Below are positions 1 to 13,270 of a DNA stretch of 64,000 nt, one piece after another. Where the stretch lies: the NCBI GenBank assembly GCA_004022145.1, contig RCNU01000007.1; one strand, 5' to 3'. The position numbers and the translations under genes are program-made. The stretch comes from Paecilomyces variotii. Lineage: Eukaryota. Position 1 is the first letter of the stretch. Each line of letters opens with the position of its first letter. The notes below the pieces were generated by a model. That model made no database searches. It saw only the letters and a list, made by a program, of their open reading frames with translations, and was not told the origin of the DNA.

Positions 1-1200
1 TCTTTATTATATAGTGTAATATATAGAGATCTTATTACTTTAAGATTATTTATTCTAGCCTTATTTCTAAGTCTACCCCTAATAGAGTATAATTAGTAAA
101 GTTTTACTTATATAGTATTAAATTGCTTTATAATTTATTTATTTTTTATACTTAATTATATTTTATAGCTTAAGGTCCTATATAATATCTTATATTATTC
201 TCCCTTATTAATGCCTTTCTTATATTATTACTACTTAAAGGTTCCTTATAGATAATATATCTTAAACTTAGTCTATTCTTTAGTTCTAATATTAAATAAT
301 ACTTATTTATTTACTAGAAGCTTTTATTTATATAGAGTAATATTATATTGCCTATTAAGAATATTAAATAAGATATTAAATAGTTTATTAACTTTTAAAT
401 ATTATAGTTTATATATATTTTTTTTATATACTTCTTTCTCTTCCTATTTAAGCTTTCTTCTACTATATTAGCTATAATACTTTATTATCTATATCTCTAA
501 TAAATATATTAGTATTTTTATATAAATAGTTAACTATCTTCTATTATGCCTTTTTTATAATATATAAGATTTACTTAACTTATCTCTAAATTGCCTTTTT
601 ATAATTTAAAGATATAGCTTATCTTCTAATAAAATACTATTAAATATTAGATTAAGATCTTCTCCCTTTTTAGAAATATAAGACTATTAGAGAAGTCTAT
701 ATATAAAAGTAATAGTTAGTAAAATTAAGATTAAGAAATATTAGACTTACTTTTTTAGCTTTATCTTTAAATTTTATATCTTATTTTTAATATTAATATT
801 TATTCTTATTTAATAGATTTTAGGCCCTAATAAATACCTTTAGTTAGCCTTTTATATTTTTACCTAATAACTTTTATATTTAAGGAATAACTCTAATATA
901 TACTATATCTCTTCTTATTTCTATTATTTCTTAATTGCTTAATAATAATAATATAGATAATTAGATTAAATAGATAATATCTATATTCTGTGTTTAAATC
1001 TATTAATAATTACTTACTTATTATTATTATAGTTAGAATTATAATAAATTAATATATTACTTTTATTACTGCTTATTTTAGGGTCTTTAATAAAGAAGTT
1101 ATTAGTATTAAAGTTAATATAATCTAAATCCTCTATAGTTATAATAATCTTATCTTAATCTTATTATCTAGAAGCTAAGAGTAATTATAAATATAATAAA

Positions 1201-2150
1201 GATTAAATCTCTTAGCCTGGCTAATATAACTCTAAGTATTAAATATTTTTACTTAGCTAATATAACTCTAAGCATTAGATATCTTTACCTAGCTAATATA
1301 ACTTTAAGTATTAAATATTTTTACCTAGCTAATATAACTCTAAGTATTAGATATCTTAGCTTAGCTAACTTAACTTTAAGTATAATAAGAGTTAAATCTC
1401 TTAGCCTAGCTAATATAACTCTAAGTATTAAATATTTTTACTTAGCCGATATAACTCTAAGCATTAAATATCTTAGCTTAGCTAACTTAACTCTAAGTAT
1501 AATAAAAGTTAGATCTCTTAGCCTAGTTAATATAACTCTAAGTATTAAATATCTTTACTTAGCCGATATAATTTTAAGTATTAAATATTTTAGCCTAGCC
1601 GACCTAACTCTAAGTATAATAAGAGTTAAATTTCTTAGCCTAGCTAATATAATTCTAAGTATTAAATATCTTTATTTAACTAATATAACTTTAAGCATTA
1701 GATATTTTAGCCTAGCTAATATAACTCTAAGCATTAAATATCTTTACCTGGCTAATATAACTCTAAGCATTAAATATTTTTATCTAGCTAATATAACTTT
1801 AAGCATTAGATTTCTTAGCCTAGTTAATATAACTTTAAATATTAAATATCTTTACTTAGCTAATATAACTCTAAGTATTAAATATCTTTACTTAGCTAAT
1901 ATAACTTTAAGTATTAGATCTCTTAGCTTAACTAATATAACTCTAAGTATAATAAGGATTAAATCTCCTAGCCTAGCTAATATAACTTTAAGTATTAAAT
2001 ATTCTTACTTAGCTAATATAACTCTAAGCATTAAATATCCTTATTTAGCTGATATAACTCTAAGTATTAAATATTTTAGCTTAGCTAACTTAACTCTAAG
2101 TATAATAAAAGTTAGATTTTACTTAGCCGACCTAACTGCAAGTATAAAGA
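1201..2150. repeat. Tandem array of 36-bp and 45-bp units (probably coding)
   Basis: Recurring aaatatctttacttagctaatataactctaagtatt and a 45-bp variant ending in taagtataataagagtt; both lengths are multiples of 3. Confidence 0.9.
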
Positions 2151-2659
2151 AGATTAAATATTCTGATTAGATTTATTAAAATAAGAGCTAATAGAATATA
2201 AAGAGATTAGAATTTCTTTAGAATATATTAGTTAATTTATTAGATTAGTTCTATTATTAGTTTATACTAGGAGAGAGCTAAAATTTTAATAGATAACCTC
2301 TTACTAGGCAATAATTAATCTTTATAATTATAAGAAATACTAGCTTATATATTATTTATCTTAAATATTAATTAAGCTTTATTAAAAGCCTTATTCTAAA
2401 CTAGTTTTATTTAAAAAGATTACTTTTATTAATCTCTAGTAAAAAGGTCTTTTATTTAATTTAAATTGCTATTATAATTAATTAATATTTTAAATAAAAT
2501 AATTATATCTATATTAGGGAATTTAGACTTTAAGATTATAAGTTTTATATTAGTAGGCCTTTTATTAGAGATATTATTAGTATATATATTTTTATAATCT
2601 AAAGGTTATACTAGTAATTATTAAATAAGGCTATTTTAATAGCTATTATTAGAAGAGAT

Positions 2660-3235
2660 CTATAATTTACTCTTATAAGGTAATTAGCTATCTTAATATA
2701 ATTTAATAATAGAAGAAATAGATAAAAGATTATATTAAATAAATTAGTTATAATTTAATAGTAGTAGTAACTCTTAAATAAAACTTATCTAATAATTATT
2801 AATAGATAGTATTTATATATTACTTATATAGGGCGATTTAGTATTTTAAAGTAACTTAATTATATAAGAAATTAATAGAAGATTAGATTAAATAGCTTAA
2901 CTATAATTTAATTGCGCTAATAATACTAGGAGAAAATAGCTTTAACTAGTAGTATTATAAGAGGTTTAAATACTATTCTTATTAAGCAATTTCTTATTTT
3001 AAATTAATTCGATTATTTAAGAAATTAATAAAAGATTATATTAATTAAACTGGTTATAATTTAATAGTATTAATAATTCTTAAATATAATTACTTTAATA
3101 GTTGCTATTAAAAGATATCTGCCTATTATTTATATAGGCCAATTTATTATATTAAAATAGCCTAGTTATAGAAGAAATAGATAAAGGACTAAATTAAATA
3201 AGCTAGTTGCAACTTAATAGCAATATAGGTCTTAA
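2660..3235. repeat. Degenerate 153-bp (51-codon) repeat, four units
   Basis: Motif gaaatWRatRRaRgaYtaNattaa recurs at 2715, 2868, 3021 and 3174, exactly 153 bp apart. Also present in copy 3 at ~23580-24155. Confidence 0.75.
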
Positions 3236-4980
3236 ATCTAAATATATATTCTTATTTAATTATTCTATAGATAAGACCTTTTTTATCTATTTTAAAGTTT
3301 AGAATATATATCTTTCCTTTAACTATAAATATACTAGAATATTCTCTTAGATTAGTAATAGGCTTATTCTATAAAAATATTTATTTTAAGTATATCTTTA
3401 TACTCCTATAATATCTAGAAGTATCCGATTATTTATAAATATATTATATACTTAAATAATCTATTAGCTATATAAGAGGGCTATAATTAATAGTAATATA
3501 TATTTCTCTATTTATATTAGTATATATAATACTAAAGTTATTTTTACCTTTTCTTTTTTAGATTAATTTTAAGATTATATTATATTACTTATATTCTAGA
3601 TATTTAAGGTCTAAGTAAGATTTAATAATATATTATATAGTAGCTTTAACTAAGATAGCTAAATATATACTTATAAGGCCTATACCTTTAATAATTCTTT
3701 AATAAAAAATATTCCTCTTTTAATAATAATACTAGCAGTAAGGACTATTAAACTAGTATAAGATAATATTAGCTAAGCTAAAACAGAATTAGAGTTAATA
3801 GCTATATTAAATAAGCTGCGGAGTATTTTATTCTATATTTCTCTATTAGAATTTTTATTAATAAAAGTTTAATCCTTCTGCTAGCAATACTTAAGTAAGA
3901 ATATATAGTATATTATAATCTAATATTCTAATAACCTGCAGATAAACCTAGAATTATTAACCTTAGCTTATTATAAACTCTCTTAGTAACCTACTAATAA
4001 TATAAATCCTATACCCGATATAAAACCCTAATTATAATAATCTTTACTAAGAGAACTTAATCTAGTAGTATTATATAGATAGGTAGGTTAAAGGCCTAAA
4101 TATTATAGAAAATTATTAGTGTAAATATAAAGATTAATAATAAGTTAACTAGGCTATAGAAGATAGCTAAGGGAAATTATTAAATAGGATAAAATTGTTA
4201 GAATTAAACCCATAATAGACTACAGATAAAAAAAAATATTTAATAGACTAAGGATTATTACTACTATAAAGGACCTTCCTCTTTTTATAAACTATTATAT
4301 CCTAAATAGTCTAGAATATCTTTTTAAAGAGAACTCTTTAGTAATAGCATTAGTAATAGCTCTAATAAAGATATAGAGACCTAGGCTTTAAAATTAATTA
4401 TAAAGAGGTATAGTAATCTCTTAGTATTATCTTAACTAGCTATCTTATTTTTTAAATACTACTCTCCTATTTATCCTATAATTCTTTAATATTAAAAATT
4501 TAATATAGTATCTTATAGGGGATATAGATAATCTATAAAATATAAGAATAAGAATAAATAGAATAAGGCTTAAAGAAAAAAATATAGATTAAAATATTAG
4601 CGGTAATAATAAGAGTAAGAATATAACTAAAATTAGTTCTTTATATTACTATTAGTACTATTTACCTATATCTGCTTTAAATCTTATATATTTATATAGG
4701 ATATATAATAGAATTTTAATAACTCTCCCCTATTAATTTATACTAATAATAATATCTTTAGTAATCTTAGCAGAGCGCTATAGAATATATCTTTACTTTC
4801 TAAATATATAGAATATAGAGAAGGAGATAATACTTAGAATTTTAGGCTATTTAATTTTAACAGTAATTAAGAGAATAAATATAATAATCTTAGCGCTAAT
4901 AATAATAATATAGATAATAGCTATAATATACTTATATAGATATTAGATAATAATATATTAATAATAGTTAATAATTAATA

Positions 4981-7900
4981 GAATTTATCTTATAAGTTTC
5001 TAGATAAGCTAAATATAGTAAATATTAAATAAGGGATATTAATATTAATATAGTAATAAATAAGCTATTACCTAGCTTAATAGATATTTTTAAAGCTAAG
5101 GAAGAAGTCTTTAAAAATAATAGCTATTATATACTTATAAAATAGTTAATAGAATAACTTATATAATATTATAGCTGTTTATCTTATATATAAATACTAT
5201 CTATATTTAAAGATAGTAATAGTAGCCTAATATTACTTTTATAAGTTATATAGTTAATATTATATAATATTCTTTCTTAAGAAAATATTTAAAAATATTT
5301 AAAAAGCTATAATTAAAATATTATCCTTCCCTTATTTTAATAATAGTAGCTTTTTAGCAGAATCTAGATTATATTTATTAGCAATTGCTAATTGCCTGCA
5401 GATACTATATTAAGCAGTAAGCTTATTAAGGATCTTTCTCTATATTATTAAAATCGTCTACCTCTATATATTAACCTAGAATAAAATATAATAATGCCTA
5501 AAGAACTATTTACTGTCTCTTTTAATATTAATAATATTATTAAATTTGCAAATAATTTAGCTATAGCCTATTAAGGATTTTATTAGATAATAGTTAAGTT
5601 ATCTATTAGTAGTCTAAAATAGTTACTTTATCTTAACCTAATTCTAGTAACCTTTTATAACCTAAAGACTAGTACCTTTTATTATATATATAGTTTAATC
5701 TATTAGATCTTATACCTCCCTATAGGCCGATTAAATAGGTTTCTAAATATAGAACTATTTATTATTTTCCTTAACCTTTATACTCTAAATTATAATAATT
5801 AAATTATTTTAGATAGTGAATATAGAATCTAAATAGATAAAATATTTATACTAGCTCTTTATAAAGCTTGCCTGGAATTAATTATCTAATACTTACCTGC
5901 TAGCGCAGAATATACTTAACTTTAAGGTATAATATACTTAGCAGAAGGATATTATTAAGAAACCTAATATTTATATATTTAATTATTATACTCTGCTCTT
6001 TAAAATAATAAGCTATTTAGCTTATAATAGTATATTCTTGCTAGAATCTATAAAAGATCCCTAATTATATTTAAGGGGCTAAAGTTATTATTAATAGCTA
6101 AGAATTTAAAGATATATATATAAAATAATACTTAGACTAAAGCACTTAGTAGATTCTTTAAATTATAAATATATATAGTTAATTAATAGTACTTAGAAAA
6201 GGAATATTATAATATTAGGAAAGAAGTTATTATAACTAGTTAAAACTATAATTTTGCTATTAATAATATAAAGATAGTAAAGTATTTATTTATTCTATTA
6301 TAGCGCTGTTATTATTAAAAAAGCTTCTTTATTTAGCTCTAAGAGGTTTTAAATAAGCTTATCTTATATTAAGAAGGTAACCGCATAGAATTAAACTATA
6401 ATATAATACCTTTTTTTAATATCTAAGAGTAGTATCTAAGGCTATAAATTATAATCTATATTTAATAGCAACTATTATCTAAGAATAATAATAATTATAA
6501 TAAAGATAATTAGTATATAACTACTAATAATAATAATTAGAATAAGACTATTAATAATAATAATAGTTATTATAAAGAATCTAAATTAAATAGTCCTAAT
6601 TCTAATTTTTTAAGGCAATTATTACTAGAAGATAATACCTCTATAATAGCTAAAATATTAGGAAATAATAAAAATAAGAATATAAGGTATAAATTACCCT
6701 AGAGGTTAAAGTTTTATTATAAAATACTCTTGCGAAATATAAAAAGTTTAATAATTAAACCCTATCTCTATTTTATCTTATAAGCTAATAGGCTATATTA
6801 TTATTAGTTTTATAATTCCTTTAAAAAGGTCTTTACAGTAAATAATTAGTATTTATTTGCTAATTGCATACTAGATATACTAGCTCTAGATTATAGTTTA
6901 ATCTATATATAAGAATATATTAGCTATGCAATTAATTATAATCCTATAGCTCTTTTTTAAGTATATTATTATTTTAAAAAGTATTATTATATAATAATTT
7001 AATATTGCTAGAAGTACTTATATAGCACTTAAGAGGAGTTTTATATTACTAGGACCTTATTTTATATTATTAATTATAAAATGCAAGTAATTAATATAGC
7101 CCAGGAATATTTAAAGCTTCTATTACTTATATTAATATTATCTAATTTATTATTATTAAATTATCTATTTCTATTTTTTACCTATTATATAGTTAATATC
7201 CTAGGTTTATATTAATAGAATGTAAATTATCTCTATTTAAGATTTAAGTTAGTTTATAATTTATAGCTCTATATATTAATATATTAAGAATATAGCTATA
7301 TAATAATAATATTTCTTTTATATCTTCTTTATATATTTAGGGGTTAAAGGAATTATATCTTCTAGTATAATAGTCTTTAGTTAAATTATTATATCTAACC
7401 TCTAAGAGAAAGTATAGACTAAGAATAGGTCTATAAGGGCTTAAGTATAGGGGAGATACTTAAATGCTATAGTTTTATATAGTTTCTAGATAAGTTTAAT
7501 TAAATAGCTATAATATTTTAACTTCTCTATTAAATAGTTATAATTTCTTTTAATATACTTTTAATAATATTAGTATATTATTAGTTTTATAAAGAAGTAA
7601 AAGGAGTATAATTAGATTATATTATAGTCTATAATATCTTTACCTGTATATTTAAGGTCCGGGCAGATTTTATATACTTAGCCTTACTTCTAGATTTATT
7701 AGTAGATATATATCTTTAGGTATTTAAGAAAGATGCCTTTAAGACAATAAGAAATATTATTAAGTGCTAAAAAATACTAGATAATAAAAAAATAAAAGAG
7801 GCTTATAATAGTAATATTCTATTAACTCTATATAAATTATATTTATTATTTAAAGATATTAATCTATTAGTATTTATATATATAGTAACTAACTTAAAGT

Positions 7901-8350
7901 ATAGAATCTATAATATTAAGGTTTTATTTAATTTCTTTTAAGGATAGAAAGCTAATAAAGATAATTAAGAATTAAAATAAGAGTACTAGAGTAAAAAACT
8001 ATATTATACCCTTTATAAATAATATAATATTATAATTATAGAGATCTATAGGCTTAGTTAAGCGCAGTAATAGCGGGCAATATTTAAATACTATTTTATT
8101 TATTTATATTAGGTATTGCTGTTTCTTAATAGTTAAATATTCTAGCCTAAATACTAGTTTAAAAAATTAATAACATAGATAACTACTTATAGAGATTTAT
8201 CTAGCTATTATAGGCATCGGAAGAATAGATAACTTAGAGAAAGAGCTAGGAATATTAAAGCTATAATTAATAATCTATTTTTTCTAATAATTATATCTTA
8301 TAATATGCTTTATCTTCTAATAACTAGATAAATACCTAGTAAGTATCTAA
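4981..8350 (+). pseudogene. RIP-inactivated large ORF (~1100 codons) of an uncharacterised fungal family; candidate rolling-circle initiator
   Basis: One frame gives coherent de-RIP readings: SFDIDSIIGFANDLAVARQG (5518), IPHLPVGRL, QHLPASAEH, AKNLK, YYDIGKE (6205), an acidic tract, LLRDIGSLT, QFYNSSKEVF (6805), SYGTREEFR (~7018-7044), GFMWFPDKFDW, AFRKDAF. Stops are TAA/TAG at CAA/CAG/CGA/TGG-compatible positions. Ends approximate; an upstream exon near 4750-4920 is possible. Confidence 0.7.
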
Positions 8351-11300
8351 TAGAACTACAGGTATAATTACTTCCTTTACTAATTAACCTTAATGCCTAT
8401 TTTAATACTATTAGCAATTCTACTCCTATTAGTCTTATCTCTTTTCCTTTTATTAGTATATTAGATAGGCTAATTATAAAATAGCTCTTTAAAAATATTT
8501 TTCCTTAATAATAGTTTAGGTTATTTATAAGAAAGAATTACTTAAGAAATTAAGATAAAATTTATATAGAAGTAGGATAGCTTACTAATAAATTACTTAA
8601 GATTATAAATAAGTAAAGAGCAGTTATATAAAAGAATATTTATATATTCTATTCTTATATAAATAAAGTTTTATTTTTAAAAAAATAGAAATAATTAGCT
8701 AATAATAATACTGTAAATTCTTCTATTATAGATATAGATCTTAAAGAAAATTTTAACCTAGAAAGCCTTAGGTAAAGATTAGCTTATATAATAATAAAGC
8801 AATAATATTATTATATAAGGTTTTATATAGTTAAGACTATAATAGACTTATATAATAAAAACCTTAATAAGCTAATAGAGTATTAAAAGAGTTTTAAATA
8901 AATTAAATAATCTAGAGATAAGTATAAGCTATATAAGGTATATAAGATATATAAGATAAAGAAATAAAGAGGTAAAGAGCTAAAATAGCAATTTAATAAA
9001 TTATTAAAACAGATTTGCAATAGCTAGAATAGATAGAATAAAATAGTTAATAAGGATTTTATAATATTAGAAAGTTCTTGTAAAAAGAAGTCTTTACTTA
9101 CTTTTAAATTTTTAGGGAATTTATTATCTATAAAGAGCTTAAAAATTAAGTATTAGTTAATATACTTACTAAAAGATATAGATAAAAATATTTATCTTAC
9201 TATTAGACCCTAATTAAATAGCTTTATATAATCTAGATATAATCCTATTAAAGATACCTTCTTAGAGATATAACTAAGTAGAAAGAGTAGTTATTTCTTA
9301 TATATATATAATACTATTTCTTATTATTTCTTAGTAATATATTAATATTTTAATATTCTATCTCTATTACTTCTATTATTATATAAGATATTACTTAATT
9401 AAAAAAAGGACTAGGTAATAAGAAGATTATAAGAAGAAATATTAATTCTAATAAGATATACTAGAACTATAAATACATTATATAGTATAAGTTAAAAACT
9501 TTTCTAAGCAGCCTATAATTAGAAGAAATAAATTATCCTATAAAAAAAGAGTATCTAACTAGAATATTATCTATTAAACTAGATTTTTCTACTATATAAA
9601 TAAAGTAGTATTTTTAGAGCTTAGATAGTATTTAGGGAGCTATTTTACTTAGAGCGCTTTCTATTTTCTTATTAATAATATCTATATATTCTAGCAGTAT
9701 TTTATATAGTTAAGGGAAGTAAGTTCTAGAGTAATATTCTAAGACTATATTAAAAGTAGTAAAGAGCTTAATAATATCTAAGATATATTAATTAGCTTTT
9801 TCCCAGATTAGCTTATTATAAATTATTCCTATATAGGTTATAAGTTTTTATATATAGAATAGGGGTTTAAAAGGCGCGCTATAATAGGCTATAGACTAGG
9901 AGAAGAGAAATTACTAAATTATATATAAACTTTACTAAACTATATTTATCCTTACTTAAGACTTATAATATTATTTTTATTATAGCAGGTAATAGTAATT
10001 ATAATAGAAGAAGCTATTTTAAAACTAGAGATAGCCGCTTAATTTAACAGTTATATAAAAAAAAAAGTTTATTTTAATATTTAAGTCCTATATAGGAATT
10101 AATATTATATTACTTAAGTTCTTAAGGTCTTTAAACTAAGAGGAGGTATAAATATAATAGGGCCAGATAAAGAGAATAAAGAGGATAAAGAGAATAAAGA
10201 GAATAAAAAAGAGAGATTAATAAGGGAAATATAGTTGCTAGTAATTTACTAATAAAATAATACTTTAATACTTCCTTAATCTTAAAGAATTAGTTCTTTT
10301 ATCTTAATTAGGCAAATAAAAGCGCAGGATAAGCCTGCTTAATTAAATATATATATGCTTAATTATAAAGCGCTTATTAAATATTTTAATATTATTAAGA
10401 TTATCTAGCAGTTAAATTAAAGTAAGCTAGCAGATAATATTAAGCTTAATTAATAAATAATAAAGTAGATCCCAACTCTAGATATATTAAGCCTCTATAT
10501 ATTAATTAGGTTTTTATATAGATACTTAAATACTTACCTAATAGATATTAAAAAGCTTATTAACTTAAATAATATAGCTATAACTAGTAGATTACTAGAT
10601 ATATATTTATTTAAGTAGGTATATAGTCTAATAGTAAAAGAAATAAATAAGAAACTAAATATTTAATCTATATAAGAAGCTTAATAGGTAAGAAGCAAAA
10701 TAAGATAATTTAATAGACTTTTATTCCTATATAGTTTAATAGTTTTAAAAAGAATATAATAAGAAAGAATCTTTAAAAGGAATATTTTATTTAATAGAGC
10801 TATTCCCGGCTATAGGTCTATATATAGGCTTAAAGACTTCTACTAATTTATTACTATTAAAGTATTTTATAATACTTTCTTCTTCCTTATCTAAAGATAA
10901 AGGCAGTCCTTAAAACTAGCTAAGTATATTTATTATATATAAAATATTACAATTAATAAAGTAAGATAGCTATAATAATTCTAACTCTAAGAAAGAGCTA
11001 ATAGAATATTTAGGAGTACTAAGATAGTTAGGCGCTAAAGAAACTAAATATAATATATCTCTTAAAGGATATTTATCTCTATTAATAAGTCCTTTATAAA
11101 CTATAAGAGAGAATATTAAACCCCTTAGTTAATAGCTATAAACTAAGTAAATATAATATAAATATTTATATCTCTAGTTATTATACTTAATTATATTAGT
11201 TTAATATATCTATTTAGCTAATAAGAAAAGCTAGAGATTAATAAGTCTAAGATATTTTAATGTTTATATTTATAGGAGGTATATATAACTATACTAGCTT

Positions 11301-12090
11301 AGTATATATCTTAAGCTAATAAGAGGACCTAAATAATAATAGGTTTAAAAAGTTCTAATTTATAATTTTATCTTAATTTAATAATCTAACTATAATAAAC
11401 TAGACTTTAATCTCTATACTATAAAGGAAAAAATAAGAGAAATAATATTATTATATAGGGGCGAGGAAATAATACTCTTATATAAAGATAAATAGGAAAG
11501 AATAAGATATTAGATTATATAGCTCTTATAGGGGGTAAGCTATAAATCTATTATATTCTGCTATTATATCCTCTATATAAACTAGATAATAGCTATAATA
11601 AGATATTACCTATATTAATCTATATAAAATTAATAAAGATAAGAAAAGAACTATAGATTAGTTTAGTTAGATATTTAGCTTAGCTTAAAACAGCTAAGGC
11701 ATTTAGATAAAGTTAAAGAATATAAGTAGCTAGTAGATTTTAGTATTAATTAATTCTTTAAATAATTTAATAATTATTACCTTTTTATATATTTTCTCAG
11801 AATCTTTAATTCTATAGTCCTAGATCTTTATAAAAGGTTAGCAGCTTATAGAGAGGGGAAAAGGTAGAGGAATAGGAGGCCTGAGAAGAACTATATAAAT
11901 ATATATATTTTATATAGACCTTTAAAAAATATTTAAAGAATATTAAATAGTAAAGTAATTATAGTTTAACCTTATTAATTTTATAATTTATAAGATTCTA
12001 TCTATTTTATTAATAAATATATATTCTTTTTAGTATTTAGATATTAAAATATTAATTAATTTTTATTAATATTTTTATTATTTATATTTA

Positions 12091-12195
12091 GGCCGCTCTA
12101 CTTAGTAAGCCGCTTTATTTAATAGTTAAGCCGCTTTACTTAATAAGCTATTTTGCTTAATAAACTGCTTTACTTAATAAGCCGCTCTACTTAAT
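12091..12195. repeat. Short ~18-bp repeats (aagccgctYtacttaat)
   Basis: Five to six adjacent copies; also at 33010-33115. Confidence 0.7.
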
Positions 12196-13114
12196 TAATA
12201 TAATTCTCTGCTGATTAAGTTATTTCTTAAGCTTTCTAATAATTATTAAATTAGTTTTATTTAACTACCTACTATGCTACTAAAAAAGCTTAAATTATCT
12301 AAAGATTTAATTAAGTAAAAGAGAAGAGTCTTACTAATAATTTATAATTTAAATAAAAATTAAATTCTATCTATATAAAAAGCAGTATTAACTTTTAAAG
12401 TTCCCTATTTAATACTTTAAGCATAACTATAAAGGCATTAGTTTCGCAATAATATATAAAATAACGCGATTATATTATCTAAATTATAGGAGGAATTGCT
12501 TATATAATAGATATTATTTATAGATTAATATAGAATAAGTCCCTAACTTATCTAGATTTAAGGAATAGTAAGTTTTTTTATAGACTAAAATAGCAAGGTT
12601 TTAGCTAGGCAAGAACTAGGCATTTATTTTTACTAGGTATTCTATAGCTAGAGGGGGATAGGCTATAAGAAATTATTAAGCACTGCTAACTAAGCTAAGC
12701 AAGATATATAGCTTAATATTTAATTTAAAGATTTAGTATATATCTTAAGATAGTAGATTATATAAATACCGCCTTTAAACCCCCTAGCTAGGCGCGTTAT
12801 ATATAGGATAATAAAGTAAAACCTATTATATAATCTAGACTAGTAGTTTAGTAGTATTTACGCCAGACCTCTGCCTTTTATATATAGGGAGATAATAATT
12901 AGCCTAAACTTATAAGACTTTAACCTTATAATTTTAAATTATTTAAAACTAATCCCTAGATTAGATTATCTTTTTTTATATCTAGATATATTATACTATG
13001 TATAAAACATATAGAAACACATTGATTTAAGGGAGGGGATAAACTAAAAAAAGAAAAAAAGATAAAATCTAAAGCTAGATTTAAACTAGTAACCTTTTTA
13101 TTTTAAAACTGCCC

Positions 13115-13270
13115 TGCAGCTAGTGCTACTATAGCTAGTGCTATTATAGCTAGTACTGCTATAGCTAGTACTATTAGTATAGCTAGTATTACTAGCGTAG
13201 CCGGTACTACTAGTATAGCTAATGCTGCTATAGCTAGTGCTGCTAGCATAGCTAGTGCTACTAATATAAG
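13115..13270 (+). repeat. 15/18-bp tandem repeats (agctagtgctactat), probably an Ala/Gly-rich coding tract
   Basis: Directly visible; a longer version lies at ~34485-34705. De-RIP reading gccggtgctgctgca = AGAAA. Confidence 0.75.

Noticed and set aside
1201-2150. 36-bp periodic array as a CRISPR
   Set aside because: Units are contiguous with no unique spacers, there are no cas genes, and the context is fungal RIP DNA.
12480-12800. Possible Cys-rich DUF3716-like domain
   Set aside because: The de-RIP reading was ambiguous and the cysteine motif could not be supported.
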